This document shows positions 26,138 to 37,188 of a stretch of 64,000 bases of DNA, piece after piece. Made by a program: the position numbers and the translations under genes. The stretch comes from Leptogorgia sarmentosa (taxonomy: Eukaryota), in the NCBI GenBank assembly GCA_964658305.1, contig OZ210885.1:20832001-20896000 (forward strand), given 5' to 3'. Below the pieces are notes generated by a model that was not told the DNA's origin, ran no database searches, and was given only the letters and a program-made list of their open reading frames with translations. Position 1 is the stretch's first letter. Every line of letters starts with the position of its first letter.

Positions 26138-26437
26138 ATAAAACTAGAAAATTTGAAAATGCACTTTCGTAGTTTCTGCAAGCGTAATTTACCGGTTTCA
26201 CTTTTTCATTTGGGTGACCCCTTATTGATTGGGGCTCAGAATAAGTTGCTTCCCCTGCCCCCCACCCCCTCACCAAAACGGCAAGTCTGCCCAGATGTAT
26301 ACCTAGTATACAAAAAAGTTTAAACATCTTCATATAAAAGTTGAAGTACCCTATTTTTATTGTAGTGATTGCTATTAATATTCGCTAACTTGTTTTTTAA
26401 ACATAACTATTTTTTACTTGTTTTTCTATTCCCATAG

Positions 26438-27273
26438 TGAAGAAGATAATAACCAAAGACCAGGCTGTCCAAGAAAGATAGTGAACCGAGATGATTTAGA
26501 AAGGCTGTTGTAGTTGAAGATTCCCATTTCCCAAATTGCAAGACAACTCAATGTAGCAAGGTGTACTATTTATATATCCATAGAGCATTATGGGATAATC
26601 TATGAACGATTTTCTCGGATGTTGCAAGCTGATGTTGAATGGGAGGTTGAGCATATAAAGAAAGATCATCCAAATGCGGGGGAAGTTATGGTACAAGGTC
26701 ACCTAACGTCCAAAGGGTTACAAGTTCCACGTCGTGCAGTAAGAAGAGCGATACATGTTGTTGACCCTGATGGAGTGGAAGAGAGAAAGCATAAGCCCAT
26801 AAGAAGAAGGGTCTACAGAAACCCTTTTTTTTGTTTGGCACATCGATGGAAACCACAAACTTGTAAGGTGGCGATTAGTTATTCACCATGCTATAGATGG
26901 ATTCAGTCGTTTCGTGGTGTTTGCAAGATGCTCGTCAAATAATCGGGCAGAAACAAATCATAATCTTTTTTTGCAAGCTCTGAGCATGTATGGAAGACCA
27001 TCAAAGGTCCGAACCGATCTTGGAGGTGAGAATGTGAACATATGGAGAGATATGACCGCGTTTTGGGGAGAAGCCCGTGCACCAGTGCTTGTGGGAAAGT
27101 CAGTGCACAATCAAAGAATAGAACGACACAACCGCGCCATTAACGAACAACTGTTGTCAACATTCAGACAACAGTTTTACCAGCTCGAGAGCGAAGGTGT
27201 CCTGGATGTCAATAACGACACATTTTTTTTTTTGTCTCCACTGTTTCTATCTCTCAATCAACAAAGCGCTTGA
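26438..27273 (+). pseudogene. Integrase-core (IS3EU-like) transposase remnant 2 with HTH
   Basis: RPGCPRK...ISQIARQLNVARCTIY (HTH), WHIDGNHKLVRW..IHHAIDGFSR, RTDLGGEN, SVHNQRIER. Frameshifted. Confidence 0.75.
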
Positions 27274-27276
27274 TGA

Positions 27277-27900
27277 CAAAAATTGCTGCTATGTTTCAGG
27301 TATCTCGTTGGACAGTATTGCATCGTGTTAGCTTTTTTCTACGGCTTAGAAAAGTTAGCACAGTTTAGCAACATTGGTAACCAAGTAACCGATGAAATTG
27401 TTAGTGATTATATATCAAGACATGGATCAACTACAGGTGAAGTGTATCTAAGGGGCTAATTTAAAGCTCTAGGGTACAACACACAACGGAGGCGAATAAG
27501 AGAAAGTCTGAATAGGGTTGATCCCAGAAATACTGCTTTGCGTTTGGGTGCACTTGTCTCTCGCCAAAAGTACTTTGCACCCTGGCCAAACTCATTGTGG
27601 CACATGGACGGTCACCACTCTCTCATTCGATGGGGATTTGTTATCCATGGATGTATCGCTGGATATTCTTGGAGAATTAACTTCCTCCATTGTAGTACAA
27701 ATAACCTCGCAACAACAGTTTTGTCCTTGTTTGAAGATGCAATCCGTCGTGATGGTGGCTTATGGCCTTCTCGGATAAGGGTAGATTATGAGGTTGAAAA
27801 CGTTGCTGTGTGTGATGCAATGGTAGCGCCTGTGGAGAGGAAAGGGCAAGTTTTATTGCAGGTTCATCATGTAGAAACCAGCAGATTGAAAGGTTATGGC
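27277..27900 (+). pseudogene. Integrase-core (IS3EU-like) transposase remnant 3
   Basis: PWPNSLWHMDGHHSLIRWGFVIHGCI.GYS...PSRIRVDY.VEN...RNQQIERLW. Confidence 0.7.
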
Positions 27901-28323
27901 ATGACCAGCATTTGAACTAGAGGCCATCATTGATTTAGCTCGTTTTAGAGTTTCATGTAACTCTGGCACAGCTGTAGTCCTCAGCCTTCGGCTTCAGCAG
28001 ATAACACAAACCTCGGCCTGAATAATTCCTCATATCCTACTCGGCCTCATTCAATAATTGTTTAATATGCGATAAGATGTTGAACATATTGAATTGACTA
28101 AACATTTCATACTGAATTGAATGTGTGCACAAGATTAAATTGAATGAATGTAGATTTTATTAAATATATAATGGATTAAAATTGAATAGATAATTTCAGA
28201 TTGAATATTGCTACAAATGGGCAGGCATAGTCAATCTTATTTGAATTCATATTACAACAGTCAACACTTTAAATTTTAAATTTTATGTAAATAATTATAG
28301 TTGATAAAGATATTGAACAGATT

Positions 28324-28430
28324 TGTAAGGAACTTATTATTATTCAATACTTATGCAAATTTATTTTACATCTGAGTACTTATAGTTGTGATGCACCAAT
28401 AAACTTTACTTTTTTCATATAACACTTACA
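28324..28430 (+). repeat. 5' LTR (107 bp)
   Basis: TGTAAGG...CTTACA with AATAAA. Four substitutions versus the 3' LTR by manual comparison. Confidence 0.95.
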
Positions 28431-28444
28431 TGGTGTCAGGAGTG
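28431..28444 (+). promoter_or_regulatory. Primer-binding site (tRNA-Leu-like)
   Basis: TGGTGTCAGGAGTG immediately after the LTR, complementary to a tRNA 3' end with CCA. Confidence 0.75.
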
Positions 28445-28448
28445 CAGC

Positions 28449-29331
28449 ATGGCTGACTCAGGCTTTCAAAAGCCAGGACCACTTTCCTTTGAGGAAATGT
28501 GGCTGAAAATTGGCGTAGATTCACGCAAGAATATGATATATTTATAGCAGCAGCACACAGCAGTAAATCGAATTAAGTACAAGCGTACATTCTGTTAAAT
28601 CTCGCGGGCAGTGAAGCAATTGAAAGAGAAAGATCATTCTCTTATGAAGGCCATGACGAAAACAGAGAAGACCCCTAGTGTCTCAAAGCAAAATTTGCTG
28701 AAATATGCAGCCCACAGACGAATATCACGATGGAAAGACACAAGTTCAATACCGCAGTTCAAGGCGGACAGTCATTTCAAGAGTTTCTAGCAGACCTGAA
28801 AATAAAGGCAAGTACGTGTTGGTTTGGCGAGTTAAAAGACGAAATGATCTGTGACCGATTAGTCTGTGGAATAACAAACAACGCAGTTCGGAAATTGCTT
28901 TTACGAGAAAATGACTTAACTTTGACTAAAGCGATTCACATTTGCGAAGTGAATGAATTGTCAGATCGAAGAATTAAAGAACTGTCAACTCAGAAGGATC
29001 CGTGTCGGAGATACATGCGTTGCGAAAGAAAGATCGAAGAAACACTGAGCGGAGAGAAACAAGTCAAACGAAATTCAACTGCAGTAATTGTGGTGGAATA
29101 CATGCCAGACAACAATGCCCGGCTGAAGTAAAGAAGTGCCAATCGTGTGGCAAGTTGAATCATTTTCAGAAAGTATGCAGGTCATCAAGAAAATTCCAGA
29201 CAAGACCAAGACAAAGACGGTCTGTATACAAACTGACAGAAAAACAAGACAATTATCCGCCACAGTTGGACAATTACTTCGTTCAAAACTCACAGCACAT
29301 AACCAATGAAGGTCGTCAGCCATTTGTTATT
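28449..29331 (+). pseudogene. Gypsy gag (two CCHC-type knuckles), disrupted
   Basis: MADSGFQKPGPLSFE..AENWRRF, ERHKFN, MICDRLVCGI, CSNCGGIH...CPA...CQSCGKLNHFQKVC. Confidence 0.85.
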
Positions 29332-29520
29332 AGAGACCTTACGTTTTGGAAACGCCAGTGCAAACGGCAATGGCGACCTGAGTGAATGTTAAACTGTGCA
29401 TATGCAAGTGGAAATGCTGCCGTTCTCGGTGAGCGGCCCAGACGGCATTTCGTTGATCTTGCGTTGCGGGAGAACTGCATTTATTTATTTATCTTAAAGT
29501 CGTGTCTTTCGACCAATTCG

Positions 29521-31445
29521 ATGTCTTCAGACATCACAACATCAACGTAAGTTGTTTTGATTATTTTGGGATTGAATATTTTGTATACTTTTAACAGTAA
29601 AAGTATTGTTATAATGCATTTTTTAAATTTAAAACACATTTTATAATGCATGCTTTGTCTTTCTGATGTGCTGCAGTGGGGTATTTGCTTTTAGAAATAT
29701 AGAGATTTAATCAAACATTTACTAAACTAGGAATTCTAAATTCTTCCATTTCCTTACTATATCAGTGTATTCTTCCATTTCCTTACTATATCAGTGTATA
29801 TTTTGAATAAAAAATTAATATGTGTATATACATATATATATCACTATTTTGAATTTGTATTTTTATTTAAGAAATAGATAACGAGTCGCGTGCCATTATG
29901 CTGCTATAATGCACGAGGGAAATGCCGAGTGTTTTACGCGACTCTCGAGTATTCTCACAACATTGCCCGAGTGCAATTATAACAGCATAATGGCATGCGA
30001 CGAGTTTTTCTATTTCTTTTATAATATACGAGAATATTAGCGCAACAAATAACTTCGTTAGGAAGATAAAAATTACAATTCTCTTTACATGTAATCAAGC
30101 GTGTTCTCAAATGTTGCCAAGCAGCAACACAGCTTTATTCCTTTAGCTGAGCGAAAGCAAACAATTCAAGCGTTTGTTACGGATGTATTTTTAGTATATA
30201 TGTATTTTTATTGTCTTTTTGTCAAACCAAAGAGTCACGGGAGAAATTTACTAGCTAGATGTGTGCATTACGCTGTTATAATGCACGCTCGTTAGCCAAT
30301 CGCGTTGCAGATTTTACCCTACTTATATTATAAATAATCATAACAAACATACATCTCTTGATAATATGCAAGTATTTATTGGTTTATGCCTTAATGTATG
30401 CATTTTAGGTGTGTATATATGGGGTTATATGTACGTTTTGATCTTTTGTCATTTGATGGTTTTTACGTTTTAAAAGTGACACAATTTTGATACTGTGGCT
30501 GAGTTTTTGACAAAGGCTACTTGATTTATGCAATAAAACCTGCCTCTGAATAATCCAAACATATCCCCATAAATATCTAAAGGGCATGTCAAACCACTTT
30601 TGAATATATATTTTGAATTATTATAAATGCAAGTATGCATGTATGTAGTGAATAATGTTTAAGTCATAAACTAAGTTTAAACTATGAAATGGACCTAACT
30701 ACATGATCAGGTATTTGTACGAGAAATTTTGCTGATGCAGCCATGGACCAGCAGAAAAGCATCTCCTGAAAGAGGAGAAATATGGTTGAGGATAGCAACT
30801 TCATTGAATTCTTTGCAATCTCCAGTTTTTCGTGTGAACCAGAGGTCTGTGCGTGACCGATTTGCCTTGCTTGAAAAGAAATACAAGAAGAAAGTCCAGG
30901 AAGAAACTCTTGCAAGTGGAATATCATGCGAGGAGAATGAAGTAGATCTTGCCATGGATGAAATTGTGTCATTGTTTCATGAAGCTGCCATGGAGCATGA
31001 AAGAGTTGCAACAGAGAAAAAGAAAAAAATTGAGGAGGAAGCAAATCAAGCAGTTGAATAGAGACAGCAGTCCCTTGAATCTTTTGGTGAAACTCGCAAG
31101 AGGTCTGGGTCTGAAAATTCTGAGGCCACATGTTCCGAAAGAAAGAGAAGTAGTGGTTCAGACATGGTTTTGTATTTGAGTGAGAAAAGTGAGAGAGAAG
31201 CTGAATTAAAAAAGAAGGAACTGGAAATAATGCAGCAACAAGCAGTCAAAGATCATGAATTAAAAGAGAATGATATGAAACTTAGAAAAGAATCAATGGA
31301 AGCTGCCCAAAATCAAAATAATTCCACGATAAATCAACTTGTTGAATTACAAAGGGTTCAACAACAGCAGTTTATGCAATTGATGAGGCAGGAGCAAAGT
31401 TCATGTATGACGATCCTATTGAATAAGTTAACATCTCAAAAATGA
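29521..31445 (+). pseudogene. Harbinger Myb/SANT-like DNA-binding protein
   Basis: Probable short exon at 29521-29546, then MKWT*LHD...EIWLRIATSLN...VNQRSVRDRFALL and a coiled-coil tail. Stop and frameshift present. Confidence 0.7.
29867..30333. mobile_element. Non-autonomous hairpin repeat (Crypton-like) in the Harbinger intron
   Basis: Inverted repeat 29867-30021. A third copy of the TTATAATGCAC motif lies near 30276. No TSD seen. Confidence 0.4.
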
Positions 31446-31700
31446 ATGTTGATATGTCTGTACTACCAGGCCACATTTACTTCTATGTTGCATTGAAACC
31501 CAATAAGAGTAGACTTATTTACAAAGGTATTTAAATGTTAGTTCACATTTGTTAAAGTTAAATAAAGTAATTTTAACTTCAACTGTTCATATTTAAAACA
31601 ATAATGCTTATTGTAACTATATTTGTTGTAACTATATTGGTAATGTTGTGTTTTAAATTTTTCAAACAAATTTCTATGAACATTGAACATTTCGTTTCCT

Positions 31701-32782
31701 TTATACAAAATACTCTTGAATTGTGGGTGGGTCAATGCCAAAATACTTTGCTGTTGAAGTGCCATATAGACATGACCGTGCATTTTGCAAAAGAGCACAC
31801 ACATTATACACCTTTCCAAAACAGCACATAGACGCACTTTCAAATTTTTTTTAAAGTCCAAAAATTTAAAGTAATTTACTATATTGCCAAACAACCATTC
31901 AACAGCAATTCTCACTTGACTTGTTGATTTATTCCACTGTTGTTGTTGTTCTGTAATCACAGCCCCCTCTGAAAGGGCACTGTAATTGTGGTCTAAGAGG
32001 GTATGCAGGATCACCATATATGCACAAAATATCTCCTTGGGTGTCGAATGAACATTGCTGTAACTTGTTGAGAATACCAGATTGGGCAAGCATGGCACTA
32101 TAATGCCGCTTGCCTTCCATAGGACCATACAGTTTAGCTATCATGCCTGAAGGGGTTGCAATGGATTGAAACTTTCTAGCATGGACCCTTTTGTGCCCAT
32201 TTATATAGAATATGTTGATGTCGACCGGGCTGTGAAACAGGACGGATAGTCCCGTCAATAAAACCCCAGCAGTTTTGTAGAGCTGCACCCTTCTGATGTA
32301 TTACTGCGGCAAAGTGTTCTAAGTTTTCTGCTTGCAACCAGCCCTGGTCAAGATCAGTGAGTAAATGCTCCCATCATTCATGAATTAAATTCATAACTTG
32401 ATTCGAGATCATGCACAACTGAGGTTCAGGTCTGGCAAATCTGTGGACCATATCTACGCATCTGCAAGGATATGCAAACCTCCTCAGGAAAATACACAGC
32501 CCTTCAATGTTATCGACTTTCACGCCGTTATAACACTTCATTTCAACAGGTAGTTCCGAAATGTCAGCAAGGTTGTAAATATCATCTCAGAAAAATCGAA
32601 ACTCTGCCAAACATTCATCATGTATCATTTTATCTATATCAAATCTTTGATATCACCAAAATGGTACTCTAGGGCTCTTTGGCTTTGTTGCATCGTATAA
32701 CAGAGCAAATTCTTCATCATTTATGGCACCGAAAGTATGAGCAAATATCGTAATTTCTCAAAGACTCTGAATTTTTTTTCAT
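31701..32782 (-). pseudogene. Harbinger (DDE_Tnp_4/HARBI1-like) transposase, disrupted
   Basis: NGHKRVHA.KFQSIATPSG, YGP.EGKRH, IYGDPAYPL, WNKSTSQVRIAVEWLFG. Confidence 0.85.
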
Positions 32783-32938
32783 TTAAAATTTTTTCATTTT
32801 CACCACCCCCCGCTTTTATTCAAAAATCGTAATCACGAGTGACAACACGACGACAACCACAATGCCGACGGGAGTTTTATGCAGAATGACGTTGACGTTG
32901 TGGCAGCGTAAGGTATCTATTGATACGGTCGACTCCAG

Positions 32939-33439
32939 CATAGACAATCGAAGGAATGGACTGGAAACGCAAGCAAATGTTCTAATGTTGCTGATGCCAC
33001 ATCCGTGATATGGCCTGATACGCTTTACTTTGGAACCCTATAACTTCACTTCAAAAACATTTCAGCACTTTGTATTTATATATTTTGATCAACAACGGCA
33101 ATGTCAATGCACGTATCAATTTTTAAAACTCATTTGGGATATAACAAAGCTAAAAACCGACAGTTAATTCTAGTGTGTTTTTCAATTACCAAAATATCGC
33201 CCTTATGTCATTAAAAATGTGTTATATAAAACATTCAATGCTGATTTTTTGTCTCGTTTACTACAGAAATAGCTTCAAAAGTCGATAGGTGCACACTCGC
33301 GTCTGTTCTGGTTGAAACTATGTCAATACGAAGTCCTGGAATGGATTTAATGTGAAGTTACAGGGTTCTAAATAAAGTGTATCACGGACGTTTGGTAGTT
33401 TTAGAGTGTGTTTCCAGTCCATTCCTTTGATGGTCTATG
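32939..33439. mobile_element. P-element-like MITE (501 bp)
   Basis: ~30-bp TIR CATAGAC(A/C)ATC(G/A)AAGGAATGGACTGGAAAC. 7-bp TSD ACTCCAG (32932-32938, 33440-33446). Confidence 0.8.
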
Positions 33440-33446
33440 ACTCCAG

Positions 33447-35340
33447 TGAAGCGATGCAAATTAGAGAAGTTTGTTCAACAGTTCGAATTAATGACCATAA
33501 TGAGAAATTAAAAGTGGATACCAGCGCTCGTTGTAACGTTATGCCATTTGATTTGTTCAAACAAGTTCGAGGCTCAGAGAAGATTGACACTAGTCGCCCA
33601 GTTCAGTTAGTGAGCTACAGTGGTGATTATATTCAAACATTAGGAGAGACGGTGTTCAAGTGTTGTTTCGCAGGGAAAACGCGTAATTTTAAGTTTCAGA
33701 TCATTGAGAAAGAAGCAAAACCCCTGATAGGACTTCAAGACAGTCTCGGTCTACAACTCGTACAGATAAACGAGATTCAGGAAATCAAGTCAGTTGCGAT
33801 CAAACCAGTTTCGACCCTAACCAAAGAAGATATCCTACATGATTACAAAGATTTGTTTGACGGCGAATTAGGAGAATTGCCGGTGCAATACAATATGAAG
33901 CTGAATCCTGATGCTAGACCAGTTGTTTGACCACCGAGGCAGTTTCCTGTTGCGATTCAAGGCAGAGTAAAGCAGGAACTCGAGACTATGGTCACCAAAG
34001 GAGTTATTGCGTCTGTAACAGAGCCAACAGAGTGGGTGTCCCAGATGGTTGTAACACGAAAACGAATTCTGATGCAATTCGAATTGCATAGATCCTAAGG
34101 ATCTCAACGAAGCTATACAAAGGGAGCATTATCCTATGATTCTATTTCAAGCAGTTGCCGTTTGGTATAAAATCAGCTTCGGTAGTGTTCCAGAAGGCTA
34201 TGGATCAGATGTTCAGCGGTTCCCCATGTGAGATTTTAGTAGATGATATACTTGTTTGGGGAGAAACAGAAGAAGAGCATGATCGTAAGCTGTTGCAAGT
34301 TTTGGATCAAGCATGAGAAGTTAATCTCAAGTTAAAAGTGAAGAAATTCCAGTTCAAGACAAACAAACTGAGTTATGTTGGTCATCTCTTAACCAGTGAT
34401 GGCGTGAAAGCCGATCCTGAGAAAGTTCGTGCTGTGTTAAAGATGCAGACACCAGATGACCCTAAATCTCTTCGACGTTTTCTGGGAATGGTTATGTATC
34501 TATCAAAGTTCATTCCACAGTTGAGTGAAGTAGCAGCAACATTGCATAACGTACTCCGAGTGGGTGTACCGTGGTCATGGTGTAGCGAGCAACAAGCAAC
34601 GTTTGACAAGATCAAGAGTACCATTACTACCGACTCAGTTCTCCAGTTTTATGACGTGCAGCAAGAGGTCACTTTGACGTGCGATGTTTCAAGTCATGGT
34701 CTTGGTGCAGCTTGTTTACAGGATGGTAAGCTGGTTGCATTTATACATACAAAAGTTGAAGGCTCATTTTTCGAGATTTGGAATACCAGACGAATTGTAT
34801 ACAGATAATGGTCCTCAATATTCGAGTTTGGAATTTAAAGAGTTTTCCAAAGAATGGGGTTTTGTGCCCAAGACAAGCAGTCCTGGGTTTCCTCAAAGTA
34901 ATGGCCTTCAAATAGCCAAACGAATGCTCGATAAATGCAAGTGTGATGGAACTGATGCCTACATAGCACTTCTAAATTTGAGAAATACGCCACGAGATGA
35001 AGTTCTTGGGTCTCCAGCACAACAACTTCAAGCTAGAAGATTGAGAAACAAGTTACCGATAGTCTCAACTGCTGTTCCAAAAGTAATCAATCCTCGAGCA
35101 GTAAACGAGCAATTGTTGCTGAAGAGATTCTACGATAGGTCAGCACGTCCTCTACGAAGTTTTCAAACAAGAGATACGGTACGGGTTCAAATTAAGATTG
35201 GTCATGCAAGTTTGGGGGTCATTAAAAGGCCACCAACACTTGAACAACCAAGATCGTATATAGTGACTGTGAACAGTAAAGATTATCGACGAAAACGAAG
35301 AAATCTTTTAAAGGTGACTGAAGATGAGGAGATTCGAAAT
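33447..35340 (+). pseudogene. Gypsy pol (protease, RT, partial RNase H, integrase), deleted and disrupted
   Basis: KVDTSARCNV; RICIDPKDLN and VDDILVWG; LTCDVSSHGLGA; TDNGPQYSS.EF and SSPGFPQSNG. Confidence 0.85.
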
Positions 35341-35518
35341 AGGCTAGAAGTAAGTCGAAGTCCAGGTTTCCAGAAGTTTCCAGCAAAGAAATAGAAGAAC
35401 TGAAGTCCTCTGCTGTATATGTAAATACCACTCGTTCGACAAAACGGTGGATGAATGTTTTGAAAAGTTGGTGCACATCACGTCGCATTCAAAATGTCAA
35501 AATAACAACAATGGCGCC

Positions 35519-35930
35519 GCAAATTTTTTTTCCGTAGACAGTCGGACCCCTCCTTTATTAGCGTCCAAACTCTTTCCCGTGATCAATTGACAATACTAAC
35601 ACTTACCCAAATGGTAGTTCTGACCCTAACCTTGAATATAAATAAAATTTTGAAAGAAAATTTTAAGTACGGCTTTATTTCAAAAATAAATCGCTCAAAT
35701 ATCTTTGGCAGAATGAAAAAAAATGATGAAAAAAATAGCACCCTGATGGGGATCGAACCCAGACACACTGCACACAGTCTGTGTGCTTACCACTACACCA
35801 ACCGCTCAAGCTGCCAGGTCTTACATTCAAAATCCTTATAATGCTTATTCCTAATGCTAATGTTAATATGATAATGTTGATGAGTCCGACCATCTTGGAG
35901 GGGTCCGACTGTCTACGGAAAAAAACTAGC
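35519..35930. mobile_element. Mutator-like MITE (412 bp)
   Basis: TIR GC..TTTTTTTCCGTAGACAGTCGGACCCCTCC. 9-bp TSD AATGGCGCC (35510-35518, 35931-35939). Confidence 0.8.
35729..35807 (-). ncRNA. tRNA-like Pol III unit (A box, B box, T7 terminator) inside the MITE
   Basis: A box TGGTGTAGTGG (35790-35800), B box GGTTCGATCCC (35749-35759), T7 at 35729-35735. D and T arms pair; the acceptor stem does not. Confidence 0.5.
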
Positions 35931-37089
35931 AATGGCGCCACGAACTAGACAAACTTCTCAGCAAGTTTTACGCCAAAGTCAAGAAGAGAGATGGAACTGA
36001 TTATGAGCCAGATTGTTTGTGAATAATGCAGAGTGCCATTGAGCATTACCTGAAGGAAAACGGCTATAAGGCAAGCATTGTACGAGACAGAGAATTCATG
36101 AACTCACAACAAGTACTCAATGCGAAGGCGCTAAATCTTCGTCGAGAAGGAAAGGGTAAACGACCCAACAAAGCACAACCATTGGCCCCAGAAGAAGAAG
36201 AGTCGTTGTGGGATAAAGGGCAGCTGGGAGAACACGTTTTGGTTGGATTTTCTGGGGCAGGGGCATAAAGAATTAAGCGAAGGTCAACACAACAGTTGAT
36301 GTTTAGCACCGACGGCAGCGAGAAAGACCCAGTGCACCTTTTCAAGCTCTAGTTTTCCAATCAACTGGAGGGAATGAAAGACAACAGCCCATTGTATCTC
36401 ACGATGATAAATCGTCGTAAATCTGCAAACGTATGGTACGCTAGAGTGCGATTGGGAGCAAATACGATCGGAAATATTGTCAAATCCATGGCCTCTTGTC
36501 TAAACATGAGCAAGAAGCTGACCAACCACAGCATGAGGAAGACACTTGTTTCCAAACTTAAGCACGCTGGACAAGCTCGCAATGTTATATGTGAAATCAC
36601 TGGCCACTCTCGAGAATCATCCCTCGATGACTACGATGAAATCGATGAGAATCAGAGAACAGATCTGTCCCATATAATAAGTGGGTATCAAGATGCTCCC
36701 AAACAAAATCCAGAACCAGCAGCTATGCATTCCAATTTGATCCTCGATTTGATCAAGAATCCTGCTTCAAAATCTACCTCCAGTTCCACCGTATTCGCTT
36801 TAAATTACCAACAACAGATCCATCAGCTTGAAAATACCAACCCAAATACCCAGCCATACGGATTTCCTTTCCTTCCACCAACTTATGCTTTAGCTCTTCC
36901 ACACCAAATTGACCAAACTACAGCATTCAGTCACTCGGCTAGTTGCTCGAACAGCTCCTCCAATCCAACAAATAACTATACTGGTTGTACTATAAACAAT
37001 TATTTCGGCATGCCTGAGGAACCACCACAAAAGGAGAAACGGCAAGCATTTATAATCTATTCAAACTAATTAAATATTCATTATCCTGA

Positions 37090-37141
37090 TGACGTCATTA
37101 GCACTATAAGTAAAGGAACTTAGAATAAATTAACGTCAGTT
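37090..37141 (+). promoter_or_regulatory. Candidate CRE-TATA-Inr promoter in repeat A1
   Basis: TGACGTCA (37090-37097), TATAAG (37105-37110), TCAGTT (37136-37141), ATG at 37189. Confidence 0.45.
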
Positions 37142-37188
37142 GGCACGAACGTTAGAGAAAAAAAAACGTTTCCACTGATACTAACACG

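Larger units (their letters stand above)
29332..32918. mobile_element. PIF/Harbinger transposon inserted at the Gypsy gag/pol junction
   Basis: 12-bp TIR AGAGACCTTACG / CGTAAGGTATCT. ATT TSD (29329-29331, 32919-32921). Convergent Myb-like and transposase genes. Confidence 0.9.

Noticed and set aside
29740..29797. 29-bp tandem duplication
   Set aside because: Ordinary slippage duplication in an intron.
31701..32782. Domesticated HARBI1, THAP or ZMYM/QRICH1-type host genes
   Set aside because: These ORFs are disrupted and sit within TE boundaries.
35737..35807. Functional tRNA gene
   Set aside because: Acceptor stem and anticodon arm do not pair canonically, and it lies inside a MITE.
37085..37165. 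Hammerhead ribozyme (CTGATGA) in repeat A1
   Set aside because: No stem II with GAAA or stem III could be formed, and the A2 copy reads TTGATGA.
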